From Histomonas meleagridis 2922-C6/04-290x (lineage: Eukaryota; Protista; Parabasalia): a stretch of DNA of 64,000 nucleotides. The notes under the pieces were generated by a model. That model made no database searches and was not told the DNA's origin. It worked only from the letters and a program-made list of their open reading frames with translations. Where the stretch lies: positions 434,001 through 498,000 of the forward strand of contig JAANOX010000017.1 of assembly GCA_020184695.1 (NCBI GenBank), given 5' to 3'. The position numbers and the translations under genes are program-made. Shown here piece by piece: positions 33,591-46,141 of this stretch; the stretch's first letter is position 1; each line of letters begins with the position of its first letter.

Positions 33591-35414
33591 TTATGTTTCA
33601 TCGGCGGAAAATTTTCTATTATGTGCTCGTGTTCTAATTTTTCCCAACTTTTGTCTTTCTTGTTCTATTTCCTGTTCTGTCAGCAACGAATAAGGCAATG
33701 GTGGTATTATATCATTTACGAAAGCGCTTAAAAGATTTAACACCACCGGAGGCTCCTCAGGTTTTTTCGGCTGCTTCTCGACTTTTCGTTTCACTGGCTT
33801 TCGTGGCTGTGTGTTTCGATGCCTTTGCTTGACTTTCCGTTCTCGCCATTCGACTTTCGGCAAGAAAAATGGAATTTCGCCATCTAAAGGCAAAATGATC
33901 TGTGACTTAGAAATGATTGCATGCGTGCTTTTGCTCTTTTCTTCAACATATGGCCCTTTCAAATGTGTGGCAAATAGCCCAACTCGGATTTGATTATTGA
34001 CTTTATATAATTTCGCAATTGTATTAAAGTGGAAACTTCTGGAGATTAAATGAGCAAGGTTAAACGAGCTTTCGTCTAGATCGATAATTAAATCGGAGTT
34101 AATGATTGCAATACATGATAATGGAATTCCATCATTTGCATCGACTTCATCCGTATGCATAAGAAAACCTGGCAAATCACTTATAAATTGGCCATCATCT
34201 AAATCTATTGGAGTACAAACTTTATTTTCTTCATTGACATATAGTTCAATTGATTGTGGTGCAAAATCATAATTTGGGGCATTAACAGTACTTAAATAAT
34301 CTTCAATAGAATCACTGTTATTAAATGTGGTTGGTGAGGTGGAATATGTGGGAGTGTAATTGGAATATAAAAAGGAAATGGCATATGAATCCATGAGCGA
34401 TAGGATTGTAGACTTGTCAATTTTGAAAATTGAATAAAAAGTGTCAATGAAACATTTCCAAAATTCGTGATTGCGATTGAAAAGGACTTCAATGAAGTTG
34501 CTGAAGTATTTGCCAATGGTTTTGATGAAATCAAGCTCGGATTTATCAAGGTCGCTGATTATCATGTTCTTAAATGGACCTTCTGGAATCTGTGAGAGAA
34601 TAGATGTACGATCGACATCAATAGTGACAATTTGATTCGGGATTGTGTGATTTTTGAGCTCGATTTCAGGAAAATTATATGTAGTGCCTCCACATTTAGT
34701 ACAAACAAAATCATGAACTTGACGACCAAAGCCAAGATTTTCGCAGTACTTATGAACCCAAAATTTACATTTGGTACACTGTATAAGTGGAATGTTGTAT
34801 TTCATGTTTTTGCGACAACGACATCGAATAACTTGATCTTGACAAAATGGACAATAATATGGTTCATTCTTTGGTTTGCCAATGCACACACAAATTCCAT
34901 GAATCCAATATCCACATTTATCGCATTGAATTAAAAGGCCTTCGTTGGTCGAACCATTACAAATACACCTGATTCCATATCTTTCATTGACACCATCATC
35001 ATAAAATATTGGTTCCGGTGGCTTTAGTGGTGACTGATAATTAGTTTGGTTATTTTGATTTGGTTCTTCTGTTTTTTCTTCATATTTTTGAGTAAACGAT
35101 AAATGCGAAATTTCACCAAACTGAATTGATCCCATTGACTTATTGGATTCTTTTGTTGTGTTTTGTTCAGTAATATTTTCCTCTTTTGACTGGTTTGATA
35201 AATTATTTGTGTCATTTTCGTTTGCTTTTTCTATATTTTGTACAGTTTGTATTGTAATATCTGATTCTATGGCAACTGGGTCGGTATGTTTTTCTATTAT
35301 TTCATTCATGTAGGAAGCGTTTGGCAAATTAAAGCCTTTGATTTTTGAAAAAGTGGCGGGAAATTGTAAACCTATTTCAGGGGGGGTCAAAAAACGTTCA
35401 AACCACTGGATCAC
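33591..35414 (-). CDS. Tandem PHD-finger protein with a degenerate SET-like region; 5' end uncertain
   Basis: IRCIC...LIQCDKCGYWIHGICV...YYCPFC and IRCRC...LIQCTKCKFWVH...VCTKC; GQFISDLPG...HLISRSFHFN...RVGLFAT. The track start is GTG; the true start is probably behind an indel. Confidence 0.8.
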   Translation of the reverse strand: MIQWFERFLTPPEIGLQFPATFSKIKGFNLPNASYMNEIIEKHTDPVAIESDITIQTVQNIEKANENDTNNLSNQSKEENITEQNTTKESNKSMGSIQFGEISHLSFTQKYEEKTEEPNQNNQTNYQSPLKPPEPIFYDDGVNERYGIRCICNGSTNEGLLIQCDKCGYWIHGICVCIGKPKNEPYYCPFCQDQVIRCRCRKNMKYNIPLIQCTKCKFWVHKYCENLGFGRQVHDFVCTKCGGTTYNFPEIELKNHTIPNQIVTIDVDRTSILSQIPEGPFKNMIISDLDKSELDFIKTIGKYFSNFIEVLFNRNHEFWKCFIDTFYSIFKIDKSTILSLMDSYAISFLYSNYTPTYSTSPTTFNNSDSIEDYLSTVNAPNYDFAPQSIELYVNEENKVCTPIDLDDGQFISDLPGFLMHTDEVDANDGIPLSCIAIINSDLIIDLDESSFNLAHLISRSFHFNTIAKLYKVNNQIRVGLFATHLKGPYVEEKSKSTHAIISKSQIILPLDGEIPFFLPKVEWRERKVKQRHRNTQPRKPVKRKVEKQPKKPEEPPVVLNLLSAFVNDIIPPLPYSLLTEQEIEQERQKLGKIRTRAHNRKFSADET

Positions 35415-36777
35415 AAAGAAGACAACTAATCACGAGTTCGTTCAAGAAATCACAATTTTCCTTAAGTAATAAAATTACTACATATGAAGCAATATATTTT
35501 ATTGGGATCTGGGTGAGGAAATACAATGGAAATATAATCAAATTTTCAATCTCAAAAAATTATTATATTGAAGTTAATACAGAAATATTTGAAACTTAGT
35601 TTTTATTTTATTAATTCATTTTTCTTATAGAATTAAATTAATCATATGATTGTTATTGGTTTGTAGAATGTAAAATATCATTAGTTCTTACCGGAGCAAT
35701 TATTTGCATATATTTGTAGGAATCGATTGCACGAATTCAAATCGATATGTTTTTGGATCAAATATCGTGTTACCTTTTTCAGCTTTCTCTTTTTTTACAA
35801 CAGCGATAATTTAAACGTCATCTATTTAATGTTTTCTATGTGATTTCTCAATGCAAAATATTTTGTTTCAAATATTTGAAATAAACTTTTCGAAATGGTT
35901 AACAAGCAAAGCCCAAAATTTCTCATATTTTTAAACTTGTTTCAAATTTGGATAAGTTTGTTTTACAAAATAATAAATCAAATATATATATTTTGATATC
36001 AAAGGATCTTTTAGTTAATTTTTTAAGGTTAAAAAAGATCATTTTTGGAAATTGGACCTCTTCAGCCATTATGATAAATGCCCACTCTTTCACCAGAAAT
36101 TTATCCTGCTTCGAAAACAGCATTGTATACCCAGTTATCCCAATTCATGTTTTAGCCATATACTTTCTTCTCTAACTCTAACTTTATCTCCAACTTTGAT
36201 TTCTTTCATGAATATCTCCCTACACATTATTGTTATGTTACAAATGATAATAGTTATAATATTATTAAGTTCATTGGATTTGTATTCTTTCATAAAATTA
36301 ATAAGTTGCTGATTATTATTATTGTTAAGAATGTTTTTCGTTATTTATAATGTTATCAATATCTTTTTGTGATATAAAGTTTTATCACAAACTTCATATC
36401 TTATTACTTCTATATTAACTGTGATCCCTAACAGCACACAAAATAAATCAAATAAAAAGAATTGAACGCATATCTCTTCAAAATCATGAAATTCAATACT
36501 ATAAAAAGTGCTTAGCAACAACAAAAATATATCATTTTAATCAGCAAACTCAACTCTAACACATTCATTCAATATATTAATTAAAAGTGGCCTTGCAAGC
36601 ATTAAATGTATTATCCTTTTCTGGTGTCTTTAAATATTGAAACAAACAAATTTTAGGTTATATTGAAAAACTTCAAAAAAGAAACAAATTTTTTCCATAA
36701 TAACCGTGTGATTTTTAACTTTTGTATTGGCCGATGTGTATTTGGTAAAGGCCTTCAACTATATTAGATCTTGAAGC

Positions 36778-38685
36778 ATGAAAATTCTTCGTTTGCTGTT
36801 CATTTCGGGCATAACAAAGCAATTTACAACCGATATAATACCAGGAATTCCATTTTTTACAACTACAAAAATATCAAATATGAAAAAGAACCTAAGCAAA
36901 GAAAGTCTCACTCACACACACAATGCAGAAGTTCCAGTCTTTGGAATTAAGTGCGCTAATTTTGATATATTTCACATTATTTCTACTTTCTTTAAAACAA
37001 GTATATTTTTAAATTTCTTGACTGACAGTAGCTGTACACCAGAAGTACTTCAATTCTTTTATGACAAAATAAAATTCCTAGAATCAAATTTTACAATTGC
37101 ACAGAATGAATTCTTTATAACGAGTATGCTTATTGAAAACAACACGTCAACACAACCTTTGAATACGCATTATGTGAATATATCTTTAAACCAGTACGAA
37201 TTTCTTTGTTATTCGTTGATGCAAAACAATAAAAAAGACCGACCATTTAAATTCAATGCATTTGTTCGTTTAACCGCTATTTTTTCAATGATGATTGTGG
37301 TGGTTTATATCAATTTTTTTCAGAAAAAACCACTGTTTCTACAGAAATTTTTATTGACCAACTACAAATTGAAAACAAACGAAAAGAAAAAACATAAAAA
37401 TGTTATAATTTTTGTTATATTTTTCATAAATTCTTTTCAATTATTTTATGATGATACCTTAACATTAACAATAACAAACACAAATGATTTTAGTGAAATT
37501 GACCAATATAAAATTATCACGAAATTTATAAATATCAGTGAAGGAATTTATTTCATTCCAAGTGGCGCATTTTCAGAATGGCCTTCAGTTGTTTCAGTTA
37601 ATTTTGGTAATTCTATATCAGATATTGGGAATTATGCGTTTTCATCATGTTCTAATTTAGAAACGATTATTTTTGGAGAAAATGTTACAACTATTGGTAG
37701 CTCAGTATTTTCATTGTGTTCATCAATCAAAAACATTACAATTCCAAATTCAGTCATACTGATTGGTAGTTCAGCATTTGCATTATGTTCTAACTTAATG
37801 ATATTAACTCTTGGGTATGAAATAAAAGAAATTGGAGATTCAGCATTCGGTAATTGTAATGCACTTGAATGCATTTATTATTATGGAACTAACGAACCAA
37901 ATATTGGAGTAAATGCATTTTATAATGTTACAACAACAGTTATAACATATCCAACATATATCAATAGTAACTTTGGAGTATTAAATGTATTCAAATCATA
38001 TGCAGAAGGAAATTGCAAACCAATTCCAACACTTTCATTTTCAGCATCACATACATTCAGTCGAAGCAACACATATTCCAACTCAAATACATTCAGATGT
38101 AGTCACACATATTCTCAGTCAAATACATTTTCTCAATCGCATGCATTCAATATTAATACATTTTCAAAATCTAATACATTTACTGAATCATTTCAAAATG
38201 ATATAACGAAATCTTTTTCATATCTATTAACAGTCACATTATCATTTACATATTCATTTACTTGTTATGAAATACAAACAAAATCACTTTCACTAATTGT
38301 AATTAATTCATCGAATATTTTTATTGAAACAGAATTTATATATTACGATTACACTGTTGTTATTTATTCAACTTATTATATTTATTATTCGAACTTCTTT
38401 ACATTTATTTATAACAATGAATTTCAAACAAATGATAACAAAATAACAATTATCATAATAATCGTTTGTGTTATTGTTATTATTATTATAATTTCATTAC
38501 TTATAATATTATTAATACGAATTAAAAATAAAAAAGAAGAATTTGCTGAAAACGAAATTTCAGAACAACAAAATGATGATAACCAAACCACAAACACATG
38601 CACAACAGGAATATCAATCTCAAATATTGAGGAAGATCCTTTTGCAGATGATTTCAAAGAAGAGAAATTCATTGAGCAAATGTAA
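36778..38685 (+). CDS. BspA-like leucine-rich-repeat surface protein with SNTFS stalk and C-terminal TM; true start probably near 37300-37400
   Basis: Five TpLRR units (IGNYAFSSCSNLETIIFGENVTTIG...), hexapeptide S-N-T-F/Y-S stalk, TM helix, tail EEDPFADDF. The first about 200 aa of the ORF look like translated intergenic DNA. Confidence 0.85.
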   Translation: MKILRLLFISGITKQFTTDIIPGIPFFTTTKISNMKKNLSKESLTHTHNAEVPVFGIKCANFDIFHIISTFFKTSIFLNFLTDSSCTPEVLQFFYDKIKFLESNFTIAQNEFFITSMLIENNTSTQPLNTHYVNISLNQYEFLCYSLMQNNKKDRPFKFNAFVRLTAIFSMMIVVVYINFFQKKPLFLQKFLLTNYKLKTNEKKKHKNVIIFVIFFINSFQLFYDDTLTLTITNTNDFSEIDQYKIITKFINISEGIYFIPSGAFSEWPSVVSVNFGNSISDIGNYAFSSCSNLETIIFGENVTTIGSSVFSLCSSIKNITIPNSVILIGSSAFALCSNLMILTLGYEIKEIGDSAFGNCNALECIYYYGTNEPNIGVNAFYNVTTTVITYPTYINSNFGVLNVFKSYAEGNCKPIPTLSFSASHTFSRSNTYSNSNTFRCSHTYSQSNTFSQSHAFNINTFSKSNTFTESFQNDITKSFSYLLTVTLSFTYSFTCYEIQTKSLSLIVINSSNIFIETEFIYYDYTVVIYSTYYIYYSNFFTFIYNNEFQTNDNKITIIIIIVCVIVIIIIISLLIILLIRIKNKKEEFAENEISEQQNDDNQTTNTCTTGISISNIEEDPFADDFKEEKFIEQM

Positions 38686-38818
38686 ATAAGACAAATATAT
38701 AATAAAATATCCTAAGTTCTAAATGTGTTTCATTTTTCGTATGGTTGATTAAACGTCACCTCGTTATTTTCTACCAGCATTGATGTTTAGTATTGTGCTT
38801 TTTGTTTTTGTAAAACTT

Positions 38819-38935
38819 TAAAAAAAATCACTAACAATATCCCCTTGTAGATAATAGTCAAAATATATTTTTTATTGAAAATTGAGTTAACCTTCATGAA
38901 GCGTTTATTGATTACTAGGTTATTTAATATTAATG
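38819..38935 (+). repeat. Dispersed repeat, copy 2 (partner 12598-12712)
   Basis: See copy 1. Confidence 0.7.
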
Positions 38936-39314
38936 TACATTAATATAAATATTGAATCCAAAATTTTGCAAAAAAACTTCTTTATAAACCATAATAACAC
39001 ACCTTATAATACATATTTCTACCTAGAAATTCTCGAAACATTTGTTCAAATATCGGCATTAAATGGTCATATTTTTAAAAAATCCTTTTTTTATCTATAT
39101 TCTATATATGATAACTATACACTAGTGAATTACTACTAAAAATTAATGAAAAATGAAAAATATATATCTCAAAATTCAAATTTTAATTTTTTTTCACCGT
39201 AAAAGTGGTCTTCTTCGTGTATATTACTTTCAATGCGTCCAAATAATTTTAAACATATTAATAGTAAAATTATTTAAATTTAAAAACATGCAAAAACATT
39301 TATTTTATTTTACA

Positions 39315-40428
39315 TTATTCACAAAACTCATCAGGATGATATCTCCCGAACATTTCGATCATTTCATTATCGCCCATTTCCTTCACAACGTCCACAATTT
39401 CCTTCCCATACACATCCTCATGTATATTTGCTCCGTGCAACAAGAACCACTCAATAACTCTCATTTCCTTTTGTATGGCGCACACAAACTCTCCAAGCAT
39501 TGTCGTCTGTACTTCGCCGGATGATTTCAAATCGATTTCGTACCCATTATCCAACAATAGGTCCAAAATCAAAAGAGCTTCCGCCTCATCGCCGGTGTCC
39601 AAAAGGTAAAATGGCCCTTGACGACCATAACCGTCGAGCCGATTCACATCAATTCCTTTCTTCAGTACGATCTCGGCAATCTGGGAGCTTTTCGACGAGC
39701 AGATCCAATGGACTGCTGAGGGATACCGCATCTCGACGGGGATGTCGACTTCGTCGAGTTTTTCGCACAATGCTTCGACATCCGATACGCGTGAATGAAA
39801 ACATGCAAGTTTAAGAGCACAATCACCGTTCGGTAAAATGACTGATGGATCTTCTCCATAATCTAAAAGGAGTCGAACAGTTGATGAATTATTATAATTA
39901 ATTATTGATTGCATTAATGGAGTGTATTGAGTCGTGTCGCTTTCTATGTTGACGCCTTTTTCAAGAAGGATTTTGAGACATTCAAAGTTTTTGGTTTTGA
40001 TTGCGCCAATAATGGAATGATTTCGTTTATTGGCATTTGCGGTAAGATCTGCTCCACAAGAAAATAAAAGTTGAAGTATGTCGGTATTCCCAGAAAGTGT
40101 GGTGAGATATATGAAATTAAAGTTGGGATGGAGAAATTCGGCTTGATGTGGATCTTTTTGAAGAATATAGGCAACAACTTCAATAGAGCTGTTGGCACAT
40201 GCATAGTGGAGAGGAAGGTAACCACCGGCTGAAAGAATGGTGAGTGAAAAGTTTTGAGACTCAAGATATACAAAAACTTCAAGTGAATCCGTATAAGAAG
40301 CTATGTGAAGTAGAGTTAGGTTGTCCGGTGGGAGGGTGAAAGGCTTTCCTTTTTTTAATGAGGTATTTCTGATATTAAAAATTTAAAATACGATATTTTG
40401 AATATGGAACTTTGGTCTAATTTTCCAT
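39315..40428 (-). CDS. Ankyrin-repeat protein with uninterrupted loops; frameshifted upstream of 39914
   Basis: Upstream frames read LTLLHIASYTDSLEVF...SAGGYLPLHYACANSSIEVVAYIL and join the track ORF 39315-39914 after single-base indels; candidate ATG 40428. Confidence 0.75.
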
Positions 40429-41455
40429 ATTTCTTTAAATCATTGACAGCATTGTTTTCAACCAATCGTACAATTTCTATTGCAAAATTGTGTTCAAGAG
40501 TTGTGCTGGAGTTGATCAAGAGTATCTAGGAAAAAAATTGCCATTTATTTTTATTCAATTTTTTTCTGGCGAAAACATTTGTTTCAAATCCTGATCAACT
40601 TTTTATTGTCATTAATATTTGTAAGAAATAAAAAAATGTCAGAACACGAAGTTCCAAAACTCACAACCATCATGAATTCGACTTTTGCTCTCTTCTAATT
40701 TGATAAGCTTTACATTTTTATTTACAAGACGTTTAATTATTTAGTATTCTTCATTTAATTATTTGTAGGTTTGTAAAAAAAAATAGGAGTGTGTGTTCAT
40801 TAATCAACATTCTGACTGAAGAATCCCATTTATTGTTTTTCTTAATCATTAATAATTCATAATAAGTCACCAACATGTTTAAATCTGTATACTTTGTGTT
40901 TACAAAGGGAAAAAATCTGGCCATCAAATCAAATGATATTTTCATATATTTAATTAAATTCATCAATTACAAACAGAATATGAAATAAAAACCAGATGTG
41001 TTGACAACCAAAATTTGTTTTAATTAATTCTATAGAATTCTGCAATTCAAAATAAGTTTCTTTTACCATTAAGATTGAGTTCAAAAAATGCTATTTTAAC
41101 AGAACATTTTCATTTCACTTCACCAATTTTTCAAACAAACGTCACTCAGAAAATTTTAAATTTGGCTTCAAAATAATCGTTGCTGTTTTTACACATTCAA
41201 AATTTCATAACAAAAAAGATGGCCCTCCATTCGCGAGGGTTAAGCAAATATTGTAGTTCAATATCACTTAAAAGAACTTTTCATACATTTGGGAATAAGC
41301 GAATCTATTGTTTTTTAATATTTTTATTTTTTTACATCTTTTATTAAAGCAAACGAAATTAATCTTAAAGTAAAATACGAAGATAATCATGTTTTACTCG
41401 ATTGGACAGGATCCCAAAGATCAGAATTTAAATTATAAAGTTTATTCACAAAGAA

Positions 41456-43014
41456 ATGAATTATATTAGCATCCAATCAGTTTATTCGATTTTGCTACCA
41501 CAAAAAACATCAAGGTACTTAATGTATATCCAAGCACAGAAGCTGAGGTTAATTTTATATAAAACGCAACCAACAGAGAACAAAACACTTCATCTTTCAG
41601 CTATTCTTAAAGCATGGGTTGAAGGAGGTAGTTATACATATAATGGAGAAATTTATGATTTTGAAAGTTACTAATCGTGGTTTAGTTACTACTTATACAT
41701 ACTACATTCCATCTGATGTTTCCTTACCAATAAATTTAACGCATACAAGTTCAAATGCTGTATTTGGTGATGTTTGGGTTGAATTAAGTGAATCTAATTC
41801 CCAAAATTCCGGAAATTTTACAGAAGCAGAAAACTTCGAATGGGCACTTGATGGATATTCTGAAACAAGATATAGTAATCCGCATTATTACTTAACAACA
41901 TATAAAAACACAGCTATGATTCAAACAGGACATATGTTCGGTAGCACAACATTATATGAAAGACAACTTCTTGTGAATACGATTTATTATTTATATCAAA
42001 GAACATCACTTCAATATGCATATGATAATTCAATTGAACACCAAAACTAAATCCACCAAATATTACCAGAATTGAAGGAGGAAGAACAATTGAAATCAAC
42101 ACGAGTAATAATTATGAAACCGCAACAATTTATTATAAAGTTGTAGGTTACACAACAAATGAAATTACATATGAATCAGCACTAACACAATTTAATCTTA
42201 CAACATTTGTCAAAGAATATTATTACATTATTGATGATGTTGAAATTACAAATATTACAAAAGAAAACTTAAATGAAGATCAAATAACAAATGGAACAAT
42301 AACAAATATTAAAGATGGAGATCTTTATGTTCATGTTGCATCAATTGATAACTATGGAATATTAAGTGGTACATCACATATCTTTATAACGAAAGAACCA
42401 TCAACATTAACATTCACCGAATCGAATACATATTCACAATCAAATACATATTCTAAGTCAAATACATATTCTAAATCAAGCACATTTTCTAAATCAGATA
42501 CATTTGCCCAAACAAATACATTTTCTAAGTCAAACACATTCACTATATCAAATGCATTATATTCATTGACTCATTCTATCTCATTATATTACACATATTC
42601 TATAACAAAAACAGTTATTATTAAAACGCAATCCATAAATACTAATAATGATCAGTTACATTCATCAATACTATGATTATTTATTTTGATTATTCTGTTG
42701 TTTTTTATACATCTTATTTCTCATTTTATTCTGATTTTTATACTATTATAAATCAAAATGAACAACAAATAAAATCTGATATTTCAACAACATTTATCAT
42801 TGGTATTTGTGTTGGAATTGTTTTAGATTTATTGATTTCTTTACTCATTATTTTTCTTGTTCATATTCGTAACAAAAAACAAAATAACGAAGAAGAAATT
42901 GATGAAAGGTCTAATGAAATAGAATCATTATACAATAATAAATTAATTAAATGCGAAGAAGATCCATTTGCTGAAGATTTTGCAAAAATAATATTATTAG
43001 AAATATATAAATAA
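41456..43014 (+). pseudogene. Frame-disrupted type I surface protein (SNTFS stalk, Tyr-rich segment, TM, EEDPF tail)
   Basis: Overlapping ORF fragments 41456-41674, 41619-42050 and 42673-43014; stalk repeats at 42410-42560; C-terminus parallels that of the BspA gene. Confidence 0.7.
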
Positions 43015-43368
43015 CATATTTTTTATTATATTTTTTTTTTTTGATTTTTCGAAACTATTATTTGAAATATGAATCATAAGCTGATTTAAAATAAAAAATT
43101 AATTTTTCTTAAGAAATTCAAATGTTTTTAAATCATTTGAGGGAGAAATCAAAGTACAATGATTAAACTACGAAATTAATGAAACAAATTAATAAATATT
43201 TATATTGGGTGATTATATAAATATGCATATGGACATCCATTTTGATTCCATTAAGAATATTTATTATGCAAAATGCAGTCAAATAGTTTGAAAGATGGAA
43301 TAAAGGTTTAAAAGATTTTAAATTATAAATTCTTTTTAACAAATGAATGTATATATACAAATGTTTAT

Positions 43369-44253
43369 TTACATATTCTTATCTATGTCTGTAAGTTTTT
43401 GCTCAAGTGTATTCAAATACATCACGAAATCAGCAGACCCTTCTCCAACAACAAACATTGAGTCATTAAATTTGATCGCATTTAACATTTCGTTCAGCGC
43501 TTTGATGTTATTTTTGAGTTCTTCATTTTTGGACCTTAATTCTGCAATTCGTTGCTTCCGAAGTGAGTCAACTACATCTTCTTTGGTGTCAATGCTCAGA
43601 TCTATAGATTGAACTCGTGAATTTCCATTTAATGCTTGCTGAATCAATCTCCGATCAGCATCAGGAATTTCTGTAGGACTAACTTCAAAAGACTGTAGAC
43701 CTATCTCTGGCGATGTCTTTCGATTTATAAATTGGAGAACTGTTTGGGTGATCGCGCCAGTTAATCCGCATTTAAGAAATGAGATACGTTCAATTTTGTT
43801 GGGATTTAGGATGCGAAGAACTGAACCTACACCAGTGTCGCCAATAGCAACATATGTAAATTTAATTGACTTAATGTTATTTGATTTATTAATTACAGTG
43901 ATTAATCTTTCGATTAGTTCGTTGCGAATACTTAGGTGAGAAAAGGTTACCTCTTTGATACGTTGGCTTCGTGGTATAAAGTAACAAAGAAGTTCAATCA
44001 TATTGCGAATATAATGTTTCCTTTTCTTCGCAACAGAATTAATAACATTGTGTGGAAGTCGAACATTCGGTTTGTTATTATATTTTGCAAGTTCATTGCA
44101 ATTAAATCCAATTGAATCTACATTTTTGATACAAAATGTTTGTAATGAACGAAATAAAATTTCATAATATTCTGATGGAATTAAAGAAAAATCAAAGTCA
44201 TAAACTCCTTCTCCGCCTTTTGAGAGTTTGCGTATTTGTGTTGGCTTTAACAT
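43369..44253 (-). CDS. RNI-like LRR protein with C-terminal coiled coil
   Basis: 294-aa ORF; IKEVTFSHLSI, IKSIKFTYVAIGDTGV, IERISFLKCGLT, LQSFEVS; coiled-coil tail. Confidence 0.75.
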   Translation of the reverse strand: MLKPTQIRKLSKGGEGVYDFDFSLIPSEYYEILFRSLQTFCIKNVDSIGFNCNELAKYNNKPNVRLPHNVINSVAKKRKHYIRNMIELLCYFIPRSQRIKEVTFSHLSIRNELIERLITVINKSNNIKSIKFTYVAIGDTGVGSVLRILNPNKIERISFLKCGLTGAITQTVLQFINRKTSPEIGLQSFEVSPTEIPDADRRLIQQALNGNSRVQSIDLSIDTKEDVVDSLRKQRIAELRSKNEELKNNIKALNEMLNAIKFNDSMFVVGEGSADFVMYLNTLEQKLTDIDKNM

Positions 44254-44782
44254 TAATTAAAACTTCTGTAATACGTTTAAATATTTTTTTTCCTAAAAAT
44301 TCACAAATAAAATAAGAAAATCTTATTGATAATGCTTAAGCTTAAACATATTTATTCAAATACTGCTAAGTCACATGCATTCCAAAGATTCATGTTAAAT
44401 AAAGATTTGTTTAAACATATGATCATATGAATTTTTTGATTCAAAGAATCATGATCACAAAAATTTATCCAAATAATTTAATACATTGAAATTACAACAA
44501 AATAATGTCTATAGTTTATAGCATAGTGTATTCCTGCATTTTATAGTATTTAATTAAAAGCTAATTTTCTTATAAAATTATAAAATTTATTTTTGTTTAA
44601 CACTGAGGCAAAAAGAGTTGTTCGATAGTTTGAGGTGATACAGCTAATTAAAGCTTTCCTCCTTCCGTTTAACGTTAAACGGAGGTCATTTTCAGTTGAA
44701 CTAGCCGGCTAACGTTTTTTCTGCGTAAACGATCACACAATTTTTGAATGCCATCGGTGGCAATTTTCTAGTCATTTTTATC

Positions 44783-45118
44783 ATGGATTTATCAAGCCAG
44801 CCGCTACTTTCCGATCCCCAATCCGATATAATTGGACCACAAGGTGATATCCCCCAACCTCCAATAGATGGGAGCATCGAAGCACCAATCGAACCTCAAC
44901 CAAACACCGAAGAACAAAAATCAAAATTAGACATAGTTGCAGAAAAGGCAGATAACGTCACACAAACTATTGTCTCCGAAACAGCAAGAGTTTTGGAGCC
45001 AGTGACAAGAACTGTTGGACCTATTTTATCTAACTTTTTCGAGAGTGTTGTTGAAGCTACTGGTAAGATTAACAAGTCCATATGTGATGCACTTGAAATA
45101 CATCAAAATTCACCATAA
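44783..45118 (+). CDS. Hypothetical Pro/acidic protein
   Basis: First ATG 44783 within track ORF 44744-45118. Confidence 0.65.
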   Translation: MDLSSQPLLSDPQSDIIGPQGDIPQPPIDGSIEAPIEPQPNTEEQKSKLDIVAEKADNVTQTIVSETARVLEPVTRTVGPILSNFFESVVEATGKINKSICDALEIHQNSP

Positions 45119-45445
45119 ACATTTGATAATATTTTAGTTTTTTCTTTCAACCATTATAAAGTAGATAAAGGATTGTGTTAAATTCATTAATTGATTTCTC
45201 AATGATGACCAATTACAATGAAAGTTTTATTCTTCACTAATGCTATGCCTTGACATCCTAAATTTAATGTTTCGAAAGATTATAGAATTGGAGTGTTGCT
45301 CAATTTGCTTTGTACCTGCACATACATGAAGCTAAACAATTGAAATACCCGAATTTGAAGATATGGAAGAATTAAATATATATAAATGAGACAAAACAAA
45401 AGAGTTGGTTGAAATAAAATAAACATTTTTATGCAAATATCAATA

Positions 45446-46141
45446 TTAAACATTATCTTTAGTATCATCATCATCCAAAATAATGGACTCTGCATACTCC
45501 CTTACGTCTTTTAATCGTTGTTGGATCAGTGTTTCCGCTTCTGATATCCTTTGTTGACATTCTTTTATTGATGATGAGACTTCATCCATTTGTTTTTTTA
45601 ACTTCTGTTCAACATCATCAAAGTTTATGTTGACATCCGGACCAGCAAAACTTACAGTTGGTGGCTTTTGAATTGAAGAATTATCAAATTTTGGAAAAAG
45701 CAAAAACTCCCCATTCAATTGCCTAACAGTTGGCATTGCTTCGCGAACATATTGAGGGAGTGTTGGCAGTTGAGCAATTGGATTATCACTCAAATCTAAA
45801 TATTTTAAATTTGTTAATTTCTTGAATTCCTCTGGTATTAGCGAAGAAAGTTGAGATATTCCACAGTTTTTTAGTGACAGAGACTGAAGATTTGAAAGTT
45901 TTCCTATTCCTGTTAATGGAACTGAAGTTCCATCGAGTATTAATTTTTCTAACTTAGTGAGCCCACTAACTCCAGCTAAACTTTTAAGTTTATTACCTGA
46001 AACATCAAGTGATATTAAATCTGGACATAATTTACTTAGCTGACTAATATCAGTCAAGTCTAAATCTGATATATCCAAATTATATACTGTTGTTGTATCA
46101 TAATTACCTGAGTGAATTTTTACTAAAGCAGCAGAAAGCAT
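45446..46141 (-). CDS. SDS22-like LRR protein (LRRC61-like) with coiled coil
   Basis: LISLDVSGNKL, LEKLILDGT, LQSLSLKNCGI, LKYLDLSDNPI and LRRcap-like LPTVRQLNG; first ATG 46141. Confidence 0.8.
   Translation of the reverse strand: MLSAALVKIHSGNYDTTTVYNLDISDLDLTDISQLSKLCPDLISLDVSGNKLKSLAGVSGLTKLEKLILDGTSVPLTGIGKLSNLQSLSLKNCGISQLSSLIPEEFKKLTNLKYLDLSDNPIAQLPTLPQYVREAMPTVRQLNGEFLLFPKFDNSSIQKPPTVSFAGPDVNINFDDVEQKLKKQMDEVSSSIKECQQRISEAETLIQQRLKDVREYAESIILDDDDTKDNV

Noticed and set aside
36778-37290. N-terminal 170-200 aa of the BspA ORF
   Set aside because: Composition resembles translated AT-rich intergenic DNA; a signal-like segment appears only near 37300-37400.
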